Shown here in pieces: positions 10,578-19,733 of a stretch of DNA of 63,847 nt. Within the stretch, counting starts at the first letter, position 1; each line of letters opens with the position of its first letter. Below the pieces are notes generated by a model, which did no database searches, was not told the origin of the DNA, and saw nothing but the letters and a program-made list of their open reading frames with translations. Source of the stretch: Patescibacteria group bacterium (GTDB lineage Bacteria > Patescibacteriota > Patescibacteriia > UBA10025 > JAHIVO01); contig JAXDBW010000011.1 of NCBI GenBank assembly GCA_034678405.1, positions 1-63,847 on the forward strand, written 5' to 3'. A program made the translations under genes and the position numbers.

Positions 10578-10942
10578 CCGCTAGTGACCGTCGTAAGGAT
10601 GGCAGCGGCAGACACGGCGAATCGCCCGACGTGGTGGAGTACCGGAAACGTCGGACTCAGGCAGAGCGCGCGTTGAAACGCAGCATCGCCGAGCATCTGC
10701 TCGACAAGCTGGAAAATTGCTGGATCGATGATCTCAGCATTTCCGCGTTTGATGCGCTTCTCTCGGAGCTCAAGGAGCTCAAGGCCAAGTCAGCCGACGT
10801 GCATGCTGCATTCGAACGGTCTCGGAAGCAGTATGAACTTGTTAACCCGGGGGAAAAGTTCCCATTCCGTCTGCCGCGGGCATTCGACCCGCAGCGTACC
10901 ACGAAGCGCTCGACGACCGGGCGCACCAAGAAAAAGAAGTAA
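10574..10942 (+). CDS. Hypothetical protein with a helical core and a basic C-terminal tail (orphan)
   Basis: Translationally coupled to the upstream ORF. Ends ...EKFPFRLPRAFDPQRTTKRSTTGRTKKKK and is followed by an intrinsic terminator. Confidence 0.55.
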   Translation: MTASDRRKDGSGRHGESPDVVEYRKRRTQAERALKRSIAEHLLDKLENCWIDDLSISAFDALLSELKELKAKSADVHAAFERSRKQYELVNPGEKFPFRLPRAFDPQRTTKRSTTGRTKKKK

Positions 10943-10969
10943 GGTTTTCGTTTTTTTCACCCTTTAGCC

Positions 10970-11002
10970 GAGGGCGATCATATGATCGTCCTCATTTTTT
11001 TT
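10970..11002 (+). terminator. Intrinsic terminator
   Basis: Hairpin GAGGGCGATCATATGATCGTCCTC followed by a T8 run. Confidence 0.75.
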
Positions 11003-11015
11003 CATTATTTTTGCG

Positions 11016-11135
11016 AAAAAAAATCGGGGACAATCGCTACTATGAGCCCGCGAGATAATCTCTCGAAATCGTAGTAAGCGATTGTCCCCTAAAAAATGGG
11101 AAGGAACGCCTTTTTCTTTTTTATTTTTGTTTTCT
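11016..11135 (-). ncRNA. Candidate ~120-nt small RNA (orphan promoter plus terminator, no ORF)
   Basis: Minus-strand TTGACA (11165-11170), 17 bp, TATACT (11142-11147). The A-rich 5' part contains CCUUCCC. A 13-bp stem (11026-11038 with 11077-11089) is followed by U8 on the minus strand. No ATG in the transcript. Confidence 0.4.
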
Positions 11136-11253
11136 ACCCTTAGTATAGCGCAAAAAACGACTTTTGTCAAGCTCTTTTGATATTCCCCGTGTTGATAGGA
11201 TGTGGGTTATTGTCGCATAGCCCGCGGGCAGTAAAGCTGGTACAATACCCCAT

Positions 11254-14013
11254 ATGACTCATCAGAAGAAACAAACGGCTATCGTGATCGATGCCAATGC
11301 GCTTTTGCATCGGAGCTTTCACGCGTTGCCACCTCTGACGACTAAAGACGGTCAGATGATCAATGCAGTCTACGGTTTCTTGACCGTCCTGTTTAAGGTG
11401 CTCAAAGAATTTAAGCCAACCCATGTGGCCGTGGCATTTGATAAAGCCAAGAAGACATTCCGTCATGAGCAGTATGCAGAATACAAGGCTGGCCGGGCGA
11501 AGACCCCCGATGAATTCTATGAGCAGCTCCCAATTGTCAAAGAAGTGCTTGCAGCATTTCACATTCCCGTCTATGAGCAGGAGGGGTATGAGGCAGATGA
11601 TTTGATCGGCACTATCGCTCACGATAATGAACGGGCGAAGATTGATACGATCATTGTCACCGGAGACAAAGACGCGTTCCAACTGATCGACGATCACACC
11701 CGGGTCCACACCCTGCGCAAAGGTATTGCCGATACAGTCACCTATGATGCCAAGGCATTTGTCACGCGGTATGGATTTGCCCCGATTCAGATGATAGATT
11801 TCAAGGCTATCGCCGGCGACCCCTCAGATAATATTCCCGGAGTGAAAGGCATCGGAGAGAAAGGGGCCACTGCCCTGCTACAGAAATTCAAAACCCTGGA
11901 GAAGATATATGAAGCGATTGATAAACAAGGAGATGATGTCGATATCCCGAAGCGGCAGCTGACACTACTCCAGAAACACAAGAAAGAAGCCTTCATGAGC
12001 AAACAGTTGGCCACGATCGTTACTGACGTCGATATGCAGTATCAGCCGGAGGAGGCGGTGCTCCAGCCGTACGACAAGCAGGCTGTGTATCAGTTGTTTC
12101 AAACCTATGAATTCAAAAGTCTCCTCAATCGTTTACCCGATGTGCCCGGGGTGGAGCCGTCAGAGGGTGCGTCTGCTGAAGAATCGGAAGACGGCGCTCA
12201 CTCATCAGCCAACCCAAAGAGTAAGGAGAAATATTCCCTGGTAAACACCGACGCAGCCTTTGCTGAGTTTCTGACAGCGGCAGAAAAGCAAAAAGTGATT
12301 GCCGTGGATACGGAATCGACAAACGTTGACCCATTTCGGGCGGAGCTGCTCGGGATCAGCATCTGCTGGCAAGCTGGCACGGCATACTATATAAATGTCA
12401 AAGACCATGCGACGTGGCTACCCAAGATTAGAGCATTTCTCGAAAATCCCAAAATCAAAAAAGTCGGGCACAATATCAAATACGACCTGGCGATGCTGTG
12501 GCAGGTGGACATCGACCTGCGGCCCATTACCTTTGATAGTATGGTGGCCTCGTATTTACTAAATCCCGGTTCCCGCGGACACAGCCTCGACAATCTCGCC
12601 TATGAAACATTTGGCTATGAGATGCAGTCTATCACTGAACTCATTGGCAAAGGCAAAGATCAGATCACCATGGACATGGTACCGCTCGATAAGGTCTCGT
12701 GGTATGCAGCGGAGGATGCCGACTATACCTGGCAGCTGTATCAGTACTTCACCACCGAGCTGGAGGAGAAAAACATGACTGGCCTCATGGAAAAGATTGA
12801 AGTGCCGCTCATCCCGGTCCTAGCCATGCTGGAGCAGAACGGTGTGCACATTGATACGAAGTTCCTGGGAGACCTCTCGAAGAAAACGGGCGCGAAGATA
12901 GAATCGCTCGAAAAGAAAATTTATGATTTGGCGGGTACGGAGTTTAATATTAATTCCCCGATGCAGCTGAAGGAAGTCCTGTTTGAGAAATTGAAGATCA
13001 GCTCAGAGGGTATCAGCAAGACGAAGACGGGCCTGTCGACCGCCGCCGCTGAGCTCGAAAAACTCAAAGACAAACACGAGATCATCCCATTGCTGCAGGA
13101 GTATCGGGAGCTCGCCAAGCTGAAATCAACGTACCTCGACGCCTTGCCACAGCTTGTGAACCCGAAGACCAAACGCGTCCACACGAGCTTTAACCAAACG
13201 ATTACGGCGACTGGCCGACTCTCATCCTCTGACCCCAATCTGCAAAACATCCCCATCCGGACGGAGGAGGGGCGCAAGATCCGTGAAGCCTTTGTCGCCG
13301 CACCGGGGTATTCGATTGTCGCGGCGGATTACTCTCAGATTGAGCTCCGGATCATCGCTTCAATCGCCAATGATGAACGAATGATTAAGTCATTTGCCGA
13401 GGGCGAGGACATCCACCGCCGGACCGCTGCCGATGTAAACCAGATTCCGCTGGAGGAAGTGACGAAACAGCAACGCTACGAAGCGAAAGAAGTAAACTTC
13501 GGCATCCTCTATGGCATGGGCGCCTGGGGTCTGGCCACCCGCCAGGGGATGTCACGTGAGCGGGCGCGGGCGTTTATCGAGAAATATTTCATGGTGCATC
13601 CGGAAATCCAGGAGTATATCGCTGCGACCATTGCCCTCGCGCACGAGCAGGGCTACGTCGAGACACTGTTTGGACGCCGTCGGTATCTACCCGATATCAA
13701 TGCCTCCATGCCGCGGGTCCGGGCGGGGGCAGAGCGTATGGCGATCAATATGCCGATCCAGGGCACCGCGGCAGATCTGATGAAAGTAGCTATGATCAAT
13801 ATATACCAGAAACTTCCTGACGTGAGCGCTGAGACAAAAATGATTCTCCAAGTGCACGATGAATTGGTATTTGAAGTGCCGGATAGCGAAGTGCAGCAGG
13901 TTGCTGCATTTATCGTAGAAGAAATGAATACCGCCTACCAGCTCCGCGTGCCGATCGAAACTGAGGTAGAGGTCGGTCAGAACTGGGGAGCCTTAACGCC
14001 ACTAGGGTTATGA
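11254..14013 (+). CDS. polA: DNA polymerase I
   Basis: 919 aa. Contains a 5'-nuclease domain, a 3'-5' exo-like domain and pol A motifs (DYSQIELR, RRxAKxxNFGxxYG, QVHDELV). Confidence 0.95.
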   Translation: MTHQKKQTAIVIDANALLHRSFHALPPLTTKDGQMINAVYGFLTVLFKVLKEFKPTHVAVAFDKAKKTFRHEQYAEYKAGRAKTPDEFYEQLPIVKEVLAAFHIPVYEQEGYEADDLIGTIAHDNERAKIDTIIVTGDKDAFQLIDDHTRVHTLRKGIADTVTYDAKAFVTRYGFAPIQMIDFKAIAGDPSDNIPGVKGIGEKGATALLQKFKTLEKIYEAIDKQGDDVDIPKRQLTLLQKHKKEAFMSKQLATIVTDVDMQYQPEEAVLQPYDKQAVYQLFQTYEFKSLLNRLPDVPGVEPSEGASAEESEDGAHSSANPKSKEKYSLVNTDAAFAEFLTAAEKQKVIAVDTESTNVDPFRAELLGISICWQAGTAYYINVKDHATWLPKIRAFLENPKIKKVGHNIKYDLAMLWQVDIDLRPITFDSMVASYLLNPGSRGHSLDNLAYETFGYEMQSITELIGKGKDQITMDMVPLDKVSWYAAEDADYTWQLYQYFTTELEEKNMTGLMEKIEVPLIPVLAMLEQNGVHIDTKFLGDLSKKTGAKIESLEKKIYDLAGTEFNINSPMQLKEVLFEKLKISSEGISKTKTGLSTAAAELEKLKDKHEIIPLLQEYRELAKLKSTYLDALPQLVNPKTKRVHTSFNQTITATGRLSSSDPNLQNIPIRTEEGRKIREAFVAAPGYSIVAADYSQIELRIIASIANDERMIKSFAEGEDIHRRTAADVNQIPLEEVTKQQRYEAKEVNFGILYGMGAWGLATRQGMSRERARAFIEKYFMVHPEIQEYIAATIALAHEQGYVETLFGRRRYLPDINASMPRVRAGAERMAINMPIQGTAADLMKVAMINIYQKLPDVSAETKMILQVHDELVFEVPDSEVQQVAAFIVEEMNTAYQLRVPIETEVEVGQNWGALTPLGL

Positions 14014-15008
14014 TTCTCTATTTACACGGATCAGATACCTATCGTCTGCGGCAGAAAGTTCGTTTCTATCGTGAAGGGTTTAAGAAAAAATATGATCCCC
14101 AGGGGTACAATATCACAGTGCTCGATGGCCCCGCGGTCACACTCGAAGATATCCGCAAGGCAGCGGGGCAGGTCGGACTGCTGGCATCCAAGCGGTTTGT
14201 GGTGATTGAGAATATTTTCAAGACCAAGAAGAAAACTCTTCTGAATGATGTGGCGGCGTATTTGACTGATGAATGGAGCGATGACAATGTCCTCATCTTC
14301 ATCGATGAAGTGGATGAACCGGCACGCGGCCGGAAAAAAGCTGCGCGCAAAGATACACTGACGAAGCTGCTCGCCGACACTGCCAAAGATGAATCATTTG
14401 AACCCTTGAGCGGTACGCAGCTGCTGAAATGGATCAGTAGCGAGGTCACGTCACGCGGCGGGAAGATTGAGCGGGCCGCGGTAGGTGAACTAGCCGCGCT
14501 CGTCGGATCAGATCTCTGGAATATGGCGTCAGAAATCGAAAAACTCGTCCAACTCAAAGATGGCGCGCTGATAACGGTCGACGATGTGCGCAGTCAGGTG
14601 CGTGCTCAGTTTGATGAGAATATCTTTCATCTCACCGATGCCGTCGCCGCACGTGATGGGAAGCTCACTATGAAGTTACTGTCCGACCAGCTGGCCTCGG
14701 GCAGTAATCCGCTCTACATCCTGACGATGCTGATCCGTCAGTTTCGGATTATGCTCCAAGTGAAATCGATCGCCGAGCACGAGCCGCATCCGCAGACTAT
14801 TGCCACGCGGCTGAAGCTGCATCCCTACGTCGCGCAGAAATCTCTCCGTGATGCCAAACGATTTACACCTGAGGAGCTCGCCGCGATCTATGAGCAGCTC
14901 GTGGAGGCGGACGTGACGCTAAAAAGTACAAACCAAAATCCGCGCCTGGTTTTCGACCTCCTGGTGACGCGGATCTGTTTGCCGGCGAGGGTACCGGCGG
15001 GGAAATAG
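14010..15008 (+). CDS. holA: DNA polymerase III delta subunit
   Basis: Length and start (MILYLHGSDTYRL...) match HolA-like proteins. 4-nt overlap with polA. Confidence 0.75.
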   Translation: MILYLHGSDTYRLRQKVRFYREGFKKKYDPQGYNITVLDGPAVTLEDIRKAAGQVGLLASKRFVVIENIFKTKKKTLLNDVAAYLTDEWSDDNVLIFIDEVDEPARGRKKAARKDTLTKLLADTAKDESFEPLSGTQLLKWISSEVTSRGGKIERAAVGELAALVGSDLWNMASEIEKLVQLKDGALITVDDVRSQVRAQFDENIFHLTDAVAARDGKLTMKLLSDQLASGSNPLYILTMLIRQFRIMLQVKSIAEHEPHPQTIATRLKLHPYVAQKSLRDAKRFTPEELAAIYEQLVEADVTLKSTNQNPRLVFDLLVTRICLPARVPAGK

Positions 15009-15009
15009 A

Positions 15010-15270
15010 TTAGAGTTTGTTCAGGGCAGTCGTCAGCCGTGATTTATAGCGGCTAGCGGTGTTTTTCTTGATCACCTTATTCTGTGCGGCCTTGTCGATC
15101 AGTTTCGTCGCTTGCTTCACTGCTTCAACGGCCTTAGTTTTATCTTTGGCCGTGATCAGGGCGCGGGCTTTTTTGATGTGCTCACGGAGTTTGACCTTGA
15201 CTGATTTATTGGCAGCCGTGCGGACTTTCGTCTGGCGCAGATGCTTGAATGCAGCTTTCTTGATGGGCAT
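15010..15270 (-). CDS. rpsT: 30S ribosomal protein S20
   Basis: 86 aa, MPIKKAAFKHLRQTKVRTAANKSVK..., typical bS20. Confidence 0.9.
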   Translation of the reverse strand: MPIKKAAFKHLRQTKVRTAANKSVKVKLREHIKKARALITAKDKTKAVEAVKQATKLIDKAAQNKVIKKNTASRYKSRLTTALNKL

Positions 15271-15372
15271 ACAGCGTGGTTAGAGAGATTAAGTATTGGT
15301 AGGTGGTAGTGTAGCAGAACATCAGCGTTGGTCAAGCCCGGTAGAGGAGAATTCCTCTAACGAATCGAAGGT

Positions 15373-16308
15373 CTAGATGGCGATATCCAGCACGCTATAC
15401 GATTTCCAGCGGGGAGCAGTGTAGTGCCACCACTCACTGGGTAACGGGCTAAAGCCCTCGCGAGTCATAGCTGCCTCCAAGAGACGTATGTGTTTCTGGG
15501 CGGCAGGGGTATGGCGAGGATAATTACGATGCGCGCGGCGGGAGAAATCATCAAATCCGGTAGGCATTTCCAGTTGCGTTCCGTTGTTATCGACGAGGGT
15601 CAGATCGACAGCGGCCGCGCGCGTGTGAAACGGTCCGGTCGATGGGCGGCCGATATAGCGCTCGTCGGGCATGAAATTCCACAGTTGTTTTTGTACAGAC
15701 AACGGACGGTAACTATCCCATACTTTCAGCCCGAGGCCGCGACGCTGGAGTCGGCGTTGGATCTGACTGAGTTTATCAGCGATGGTTTTCTGAGTGAGGA
15801 TTATTTTGTTCTGGTAGAGTGACCTTTTCAGAACATTACGTTTCGTGGCATAGCGTGGTTCGATGATGATCGAGGGGACGACTCGATGTAGGGCGACCAG
15901 GCCAGCTGCATGGAGGCCACCGGTGCGAAATTTTCCCGCTGGGTATTTGCGAGCGCGCACCACCCGAGTGGGGAGTCCGCGATGTGCGAGCTCACGACGC
16001 AGTCCGGCGGTGAAGGCACGCTGATCAAACCCGAGGCAGAGGATGTCTGGCCGGACATGTTCGATGACTTCTAGTTTGTCATGGATACCCCCGAGGAGTA
16101 CCCGATCCGCGATGCCGAGCGCTTTCATATTGTGGATACGTTCGGTCTCAGAGAAGAAAGGTACATACCCTTTTACTTTTTTCACCGTGGCGTCCCGGCC
16201 AATGACCACCGTGAGGTCGGTACCGAGTTTTTTGGCATAGCGAAGGAGACCCCGATGACCAGGGTGGAGAATATCAAAGGTGCCAGTGACGAGTACAGTT
16301 GGAGGCAT
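15373..16308 (-). CDS. Fusion protein: RibL-like cytidylyl/adenylyltransferase domain plus VanX/DdpX-like D-Ala-D-Ala dipeptidase (M15D) domain
   Basis: N-terminal part has GTFDILHPGH...RDATVKKVKG, as in archaeal FAD synthase RibL. C-terminal part has DSYRP...QLW, HTRAAAVDLTL and EWWHY, which are VanX-type zinc dipeptidase motifs. Confidence 0.75.
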   Translation of the reverse strand: MPPTVLVTGTFDILHPGHRGLLRYAKKLGTDLTVVIGRDATVKKVKGYVPFFSETERIHNMKALGIADRVLLGGIHDKLEVIEHVRPDILCLGFDQRAFTAGLRRELAHRGLPTRVVRARKYPAGKFRTGGLHAAGLVALHRVVPSIIIEPRYATKRNVLKRSLYQNKIILTQKTIADKLSQIQRRLQRRGLGLKVWDSYRPLSVQKQLWNFMPDERYIGRPSTGPFHTRAAAVDLTLVDNNGTQLEMPTGFDDFSRRAHRNYPRHTPAAQKHIRLLEAAMTREGFSPLPSEWWHYTAPRWKSYSVLDIAI

Positions 16309-16444
16309 AATAGTGCTCTATAGTATATCAGCCAGTTGCCGTTTTTGACAGGCGCTGGGACGACGGTGTAAGATGAACATTCTTTTCACATCAGCAAAAA
16401 ACATAGTTCGTAGACAACATATAGAGATACGGAAGGAGTTGTAT

Positions 16445-17869
16445 ATGGAAAAACTGCAACACGAATGCGCGGTGGTTGGTGTATTTGGCAGTGATCGCGC
16501 TGCGTTCATGTGCCGTGACATGCTGCACAAAATGCAACATCGCGGGCCAGCAGGTACGGGCATGGTTGTCGACCAGGGTGGCACGCTGCAGGTACATAAG
16601 CAGATGGGCCTGGTGCGCGAGGCCTATCCGGAGGAAATACTTGATCAGCTCAGCGGTTCGATTGCTATTGGTCATAATCGGTATGCCACCTGCGGGGAAA
16701 ACAATATCGAGAATCTCCAACCCTGGGTCAAAAAAACAAAAGATGGTCGCGAAATAGTTGGAGCCAGCAATGGTGACATTCCCCGCTACGCGTATCTGAA
16801 AGAGCGGCTCGCATCTCAGGACAATCTGTATGTACAGCAATCGGGCAATGATGGTGAAGCACTGGTGACGATGGTCGTCTTTTATCTCGACCAGGGGATG
16901 TCTCCGCGTGAGGCGATTACCGCACTCATGCAGCATCCTGACCTGGAGGGAGGAGCGTATTCGTGCGTGTTCATCATTGACAGTGAACTGTGGGCGTTTC
17001 GCGATCCTCATGGATTCAGGCCGCTGGTACTCGGGCGGCCAGGAAACGCGTATGTGGTTGCCTCAGAGTCTTGTGCCTTCAACATCGTGGGCGCGACGTA
17101 TGTCCGCGAAGTGTTTCGTGGCGAGATCGTCCAAATCAACCATGATGGTGAACGGTCATATCCCGGAGTCAAGAGCACGAAAAAAGCGCTGTGTGATTTC
17201 GAGCTGATTTACTTCGGCCGACCCGACAGCAGGATATTTGGCGTATCAGTTTCTGATACGCGCAAGCTCCTCGGGCGGAAGCTGTGGGAGCTGCACCGCA
17301 GTCATTTCACCGCGCCCGCAGATGAGTATGTAGTCATCTCAGTCCCTGATTCATCAAACAGCATTGCGCTCGGATTTAGCCACGCGGCCGGGTTTGCGTT
17401 TGACTTTGGCTTGATCCGGAGTCACTACGCCGGCCGGGGATTTCTCCAGCCAAATCAGAACGCCCGCGAAGAAGCGGCGAAAGAGAAATACTCTGTCGAT
17501 CCCATGGTCGTCCGCGGCAAGCGCGTGATCGTGGTTGATGATTCGCTCGTCCGTGGTACCACCATGCGCAAGCTGGTTCGCATGCTCCGGCTCGCTGGGG
17601 CTACCGAGGTCAATGTCATGATCGGCTCACCGCCGGTCACACATCCCTGCTTCTACGGCATCGATACACCGACGAAGTCAGAGCTCGCCGCGAGTCACAG
17701 CACACCAGAGGAGATTCAGCATCAGATAGAGGTTGATTTTCTTGGGTATCTCACGGTGGCAGCTCTCCACAGCTGTCTGCCGAAGCGGGGCGAAGATTTC
17801 TGCTCCGCCTGCTTCACCGGCGACTATCCCTGTCAGGACAAGATCCCGCCAGAGAAATTCGTCGCGTAA
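16445..17869 (+). CDS. purF: Amidophosphoribosyltransferase
   Basis: Start moved to ATG 16445 (GGAAGGAG RBS). Short propeptide before the catalytic Cys (MEKLQHE|CAVVGVFG). PRTase motif VIVVDDSLVRGTT. C-terminal Fe-S cysteines. Confidence 0.9.
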   Translation: MEKLQHECAVVGVFGSDRAAFMCRDMLHKMQHRGPAGTGMVVDQGGTLQVHKQMGLVREAYPEEILDQLSGSIAIGHNRYATCGENNIENLQPWVKKTKDGREIVGASNGDIPRYAYLKERLASQDNLYVQQSGNDGEALVTMVVFYLDQGMSPREAITALMQHPDLEGGAYSCVFIIDSELWAFRDPHGFRPLVLGRPGNAYVVASESCAFNIVGATYVREVFRGEIVQINHDGERSYPGVKSTKKALCDFELIYFGRPDSRIFGVSVSDTRKLLGRKLWELHRSHFTAPADEYVVISVPDSSNSIALGFSHAAGFAFDFGLIRSHYAGRGFLQPNQNAREEAAKEKYSVDPMVVRGKRVIVVDDSLVRGTTMRKLVRMLRLAGATEVNVMIGSPPVTHPCFYGIDTPTKSELAASHSTPEEIQHQIEVDFLGYLTVAALHSCLPKRGEDFCSACFTGDYPCQDKIPPEKFVA

Positions 17870-17882
17870 TATGTTTGTACCG

Positions 17883-17916
17883 GCCAGCAACCCCGAGGGT
17901 TGCTGGCTGCTTTTTT
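17883..17916 (+). terminator. Intrinsic terminator after purF
   Basis: GCCAGCAACC...GGTTGCTGGC hairpin followed by a T6 run. Confidence 0.8.
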
Positions 17917-17951
17917 AATTGATTCCGTTATAAAATACATTTTTCACGGGA

Positions 17952-17979
17952 TTGACACCTGAGCAAATATTGGTAAGAT
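17952..17979 (+). promoter_or_regulatory. Sigma-70-type promoter for the 18051-19618 orphan module
   Basis: TTGACA (17952-17957), 16-bp spacer, TAAGAT (17974-17979). Confidence 0.5.
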
Positions 17980-18050
17980 AAGCGAATATCAAAAAAGGAC
18001 TTTAGACAAGTTGTGAACCAATAAACCCGGCAAAACAGAGGAGGATCTCT

Positions 18051-18755
18051 ATGCCGAAAGGAAATGCATTACCTCAATTCGAAGCCTCGTTTGATGCTTT
18101 GATGCGCTATCAGGCGCTCTTCACTGCCTACGCGGACATCGCGCCGGATTTCGATCCGGAAGAATTCTTCGCCGAATTCAGTCGGTATGATGTCATGCGG
18201 ATGGGTGTGAAGATCGCTCGCGAGGGCGTCATTACCCTGCCGACCGTCATGGGCTATGTGCAGGCGTCATTTGAACTCAGCGGCGACGATGCCAATGAGT
18301 TTGCGGTCAAGATGTATCTGACGCTCAAGCAGCTGTCCGAGGACGAAGACCTGCCGTTCCAGGTGGAGCCGTTGCCGAAGACACCGAAGACGCGCCAGAA
18401 CAAGCAGACCCGAAAGCCGCGCAAGAAAACCGCGAGAAAGAAAACCGCCAAGAAGCGCGGGCGCACACCCGGTCGAAAGCCGAAGAAATCCGGCGGTCGC
18501 AAGATCGTCAAAGGCTCACGAAAGGACCAGCTCATCCAGAAGTGTGGCAGCGAGGCGAAAGCCCGTACTGCGCTGATTGACGCGATCCGTCAGGCCGCTG
18601 CCGACGGTGAACGTGGTCCGAAGGCGGCCGGCGTGAAGGCACTGGGTGCTCAGCACAAACTGCCCGCCTTGGCGCAGATCGAGGCCTGGAATATCACCGG
18701 TCTGCTGAAGTCCTTCGGCATTACCAGCGCCGACCTCAAGTTGGCCGGTAAGTAG
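18051..18755 (+). CDS. Hypothetical protein with a central lysine/arginine-rich histone-H1-like tract (orphan)
   Basis: GGAGG RBS. Acidic N-terminal domain, then ...LPFQVEPLPKTPKTRQNKQTRKPRKKTARKKTAKKRGRTPGRKPKKSGGRK..., then a helical C-terminus. Confidence 0.6.
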   Translation: MPKGNALPQFEASFDALMRYQALFTAYADIAPDFDPEEFFAEFSRYDVMRMGVKIAREGVITLPTVMGYVQASFELSGDDANEFAVKMYLTLKQLSEDEDLPFQVEPLPKTPKTRQNKQTRKPRKKTARKKTAKKRGRTPGRKPKKSGGRKIVKGSRKDQLIQKCGSEAKARTALIDAIRQAAADGERGPKAAGVKALGAQHKLPALAQIEAWNITGLLKSFGITSADLKLAGK

Positions 18756-18757
18756 CC

Positions 18758-19618
18758 GTGGCTACTCAGCTGAAAGCGAGCGGGCTCTCTCCACCCAAGA
18801 AGTTGGAGCTGCCGAACCGTGTAGCATTGCGCTTGACAATTGCCATAGAGGATTGTTTCGACGCAGTGGATCGTATGCCTGTCTTACTCGTGGAGTGGCC
18901 CCATCGTAAGATGGTGCCACTAACTGCTATAGCCGAGCAATGGACGGCGGCTGTCGGACAGGATGTGAGCGAGGACTTCCTGCGCTACATCATGTCATGC
19001 TATGGCGTGTCAGAAATTGACATCCCCGTAGCACCTACCGAAGAGTTGCCCGAGGAAGTGCCTGACATTCCTGAGACTCAACCCGAGCCGCAGGGGGTGG
19101 ATTGGTCGTGGATCTTCCGCGGCAATGGTCCGGGCATGGTCTGTTCACGGATCGTGATGACCTATCAGTTGAAACGGTCATGGTCTGAAACAGTAGAATC
19201 GCTGCAGCAGATCTTCCCTGATCTGACTCTCTTCCTCTTGCAAGAATGGGTGCAGGGCCATCTGATCAACTTTGCGTCGCTGGGCAGCCCACATGTCCAG
19301 GCGCTTCTTGAGGGCAGGGACACTGCTGACGCATCGGGGGAGCAATCAGCTGCTGTCACACCACGACCGAGCCCTGTGATTGAGCGAATGCCGGCAGCGG
19401 AGCAACATCCCTCGATGCTTCCGGTCACTACTGAGCAGCGCGTGGCAGTTCGCCGACGCTGCGCGGAGCTGGCGTGTACTGAGTCTGAGCTCTTTACTAC
19501 CCATTTCGATGATCAGCGGATCGTCGAGACAGCGCAGGAGCTGCAGATGACGCCGGCACTGTATCTCCGACTTAGGCAATATTGGTTACACATAGTTAAT
19601 AAGGAGGTATCTACATGA
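18758..19618 (+). CDS. Hypothetical protein (orphan), possibly with a C-terminal HTH-like segment
   Basis: GTG start 2 nt after the upstream stop codon. 286 aa. An intrinsic terminator follows directly. Confidence 0.5.
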   Translation: MATQLKASGLSPPKKLELPNRVALRLTIAIEDCFDAVDRMPVLLVEWPHRKMVPLTAIAEQWTAAVGQDVSEDFLRYIMSCYGVSEIDIPVAPTEELPEEVPDIPETQPEPQGVDWSWIFRGNGPGMVCSRIVMTYQLKRSWSETVESLQQIFPDLTLFLLQEWVQGHLINFASLGSPHVQALLEGRDTADASGEQSAAVTPRPSPVIERMPAAEQHPSMLPVTTEQRVAVRRRCAELACTESELFTTHFDDQRIVETAQELQMTPALYLRLRQYWLHIVNKEVST

Positions 19619-19620
19619 GA

Positions 19621-19661
19621 CCCCATGCGTTCATAGCGAGCGTATGGGGTTTACTTTTTTT
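19621..19661 (+). terminator. Intrinsic terminator
   Basis: CCCCATGCG...CGTATGGGG hairpin followed by a T-rich run. Confidence 0.75.
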
Positions 19662-19733
19662 GTGACCATGTGGTACGATGGGGTGAAACTTTGACCTTTT
19701 GACAAAAAACAAAACATATGGAAGGAGGGGCAC

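Noticed and set aside
10964-11170. 68-aa minus-strand ORF in the polA upstream spacer. The 77-aa minus-strand ORF at 60543-60776 is treated the same way.
   Set aside because: Both span promoter and terminator elements and poly-A/T runs and lack an RBS. The candidate sRNA units explain these regions better.
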